From assembly GCF_006345805.1 (NCBI RefSeq), contig NC_043010.1, positions 434,001 through 498,000 of the forward strand: a stretch of 64,000 bases of DNA. The letters run 5' to 3'. This stretch comes from Octopus sinensis. Its lineage: Eukaryota. Shown here in pieces: positions 63,367-64,000 of the stretch. The notes below the pieces were generated by a model. That model was not told the DNA's origin. It was given only the letters and a program-made list of their open reading frames with translations, and did not search any database. Position numbers and translations under genes: made by a program. Position 1 is the stretch's first letter. Each line of letters starts with the position of its first letter.

Positions 63367-63420
63367 GTGTGTATGGTTATCATTAAGCTCTAATGACGGT
63401 GTTTTCGAATGGATGATAAT
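62121..63420 (+). repeat. Six copies of a ~35-bp motif separated by microsatellite-like spacers
   Basis: Consensus tgattattaaccatcgttaa.ttctaatg.cagtc at ~62121, 62528, 62751, 63028, 63219 and 63374. Confidence 0.8.
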
Positions 63421-63679
63421 GTGATGTTCGTCATAGGGATATGCACGTGTACATGTCTCTATGTGTGTGGGTATGTGCATGCATGTGTATGTGTGTATGT
63501 ATGTTTCTTTTTTAATTATCTGAATTCTTTCTTCAAGAAGGAAGCTAGTTTTTAACAAAGAATCAAAATGGCACAACTGAAATTCAGATTCCAACAGCAA
63601 GCAACATTTTGTGCATAAATGTAGTTATATATGTGTAGTCTATTTTTGTGTATTTATGTATGTGTAGTTAAATATGTAG

Positions 63680-63945
63680 TGAGGGCATGTGGCCTAGTGG
63701 TTAGAGTGCTATGCTCATGATCATGAGACCATGGTTTCGATTCCTGAACTGGGCAGTATGATATAGCTCTATTTCATGTAGCTCTGCGATTACTTCGACA
63801 TCTGATGTGTGGTACACTGTGCTCCTGTATAGGCAATGCTGATTTGATGGAAAGAGTGAGCTAATGCTCACCACAAACGTATGATAATCTGTGCAGGTTG
63901 TTTGACTGGAAATTGCAGAACTATTTTTCTTGGTCTCAAGAGACT
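63680..63945 (+). mobile_element. tRNA-derived SINE (diverged)
   Basis: tggcctagtggttagag...ggtttcgattcc head. Confidence 0.65.
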
Positions 63946-64000
63946 GCTATTATATATGTGTAGTTGTAAAGTGTATATTACCCGATCACTCTCTTTGTCT

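Noticed and set aside
62121-63420. CRISPR array
   Set aside because: Eukaryotic context, degenerate repeats, long irregular microsatellite spacers and no cas genes; retained instead as an unexplained repeat-spacer finding.

Overview
Eukaryotic, AT-rich window saturated with microsatellites and transposon relics. The SINE repertoire and repeat density suggest an octopus or other coleoid cephalopod (inference). No host protein-coding gene can be called with confidence, and almost all ORFs in the supplied track are microsatellite translations. Recognisable coding relics are all transposon-derived: a Penelope-like (PLE) element with RT thumb, GIY-YIG endonuclease and a hammerhead-like fold in its 3' region (18.7-20.3 kb); a second PLE RT fragment (59 kb); RTE LINE 3' ends, one carrying three C2H2 fingers (38 kb); two RLE-type (R4/Dong-like) fragments abutting (CATA)n; a hAT transposase relic; and a mariner relic. 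There are also MITEs, Helitron-like elements and dozens of tRNA-derived SINEs. The most notable structures are a near-perfect ~490-bp inverted duplication (14.9-16.7 kb; possibly an assembly artefact), a three-level SINE/SINE/PLE nest, three hammerhead-like motifs, an inverted duplication of a chimeric MITE-SINE junction, an E-box minisatellite, and a ~35-bp motif repeated six times with microsatellite spacers (62.1-63.4 kb). One 100-N gap lies at 58470-58569. Boundaries of degraded repeats are approximate and were read by eye. SINE family labels A-D are my own working names.
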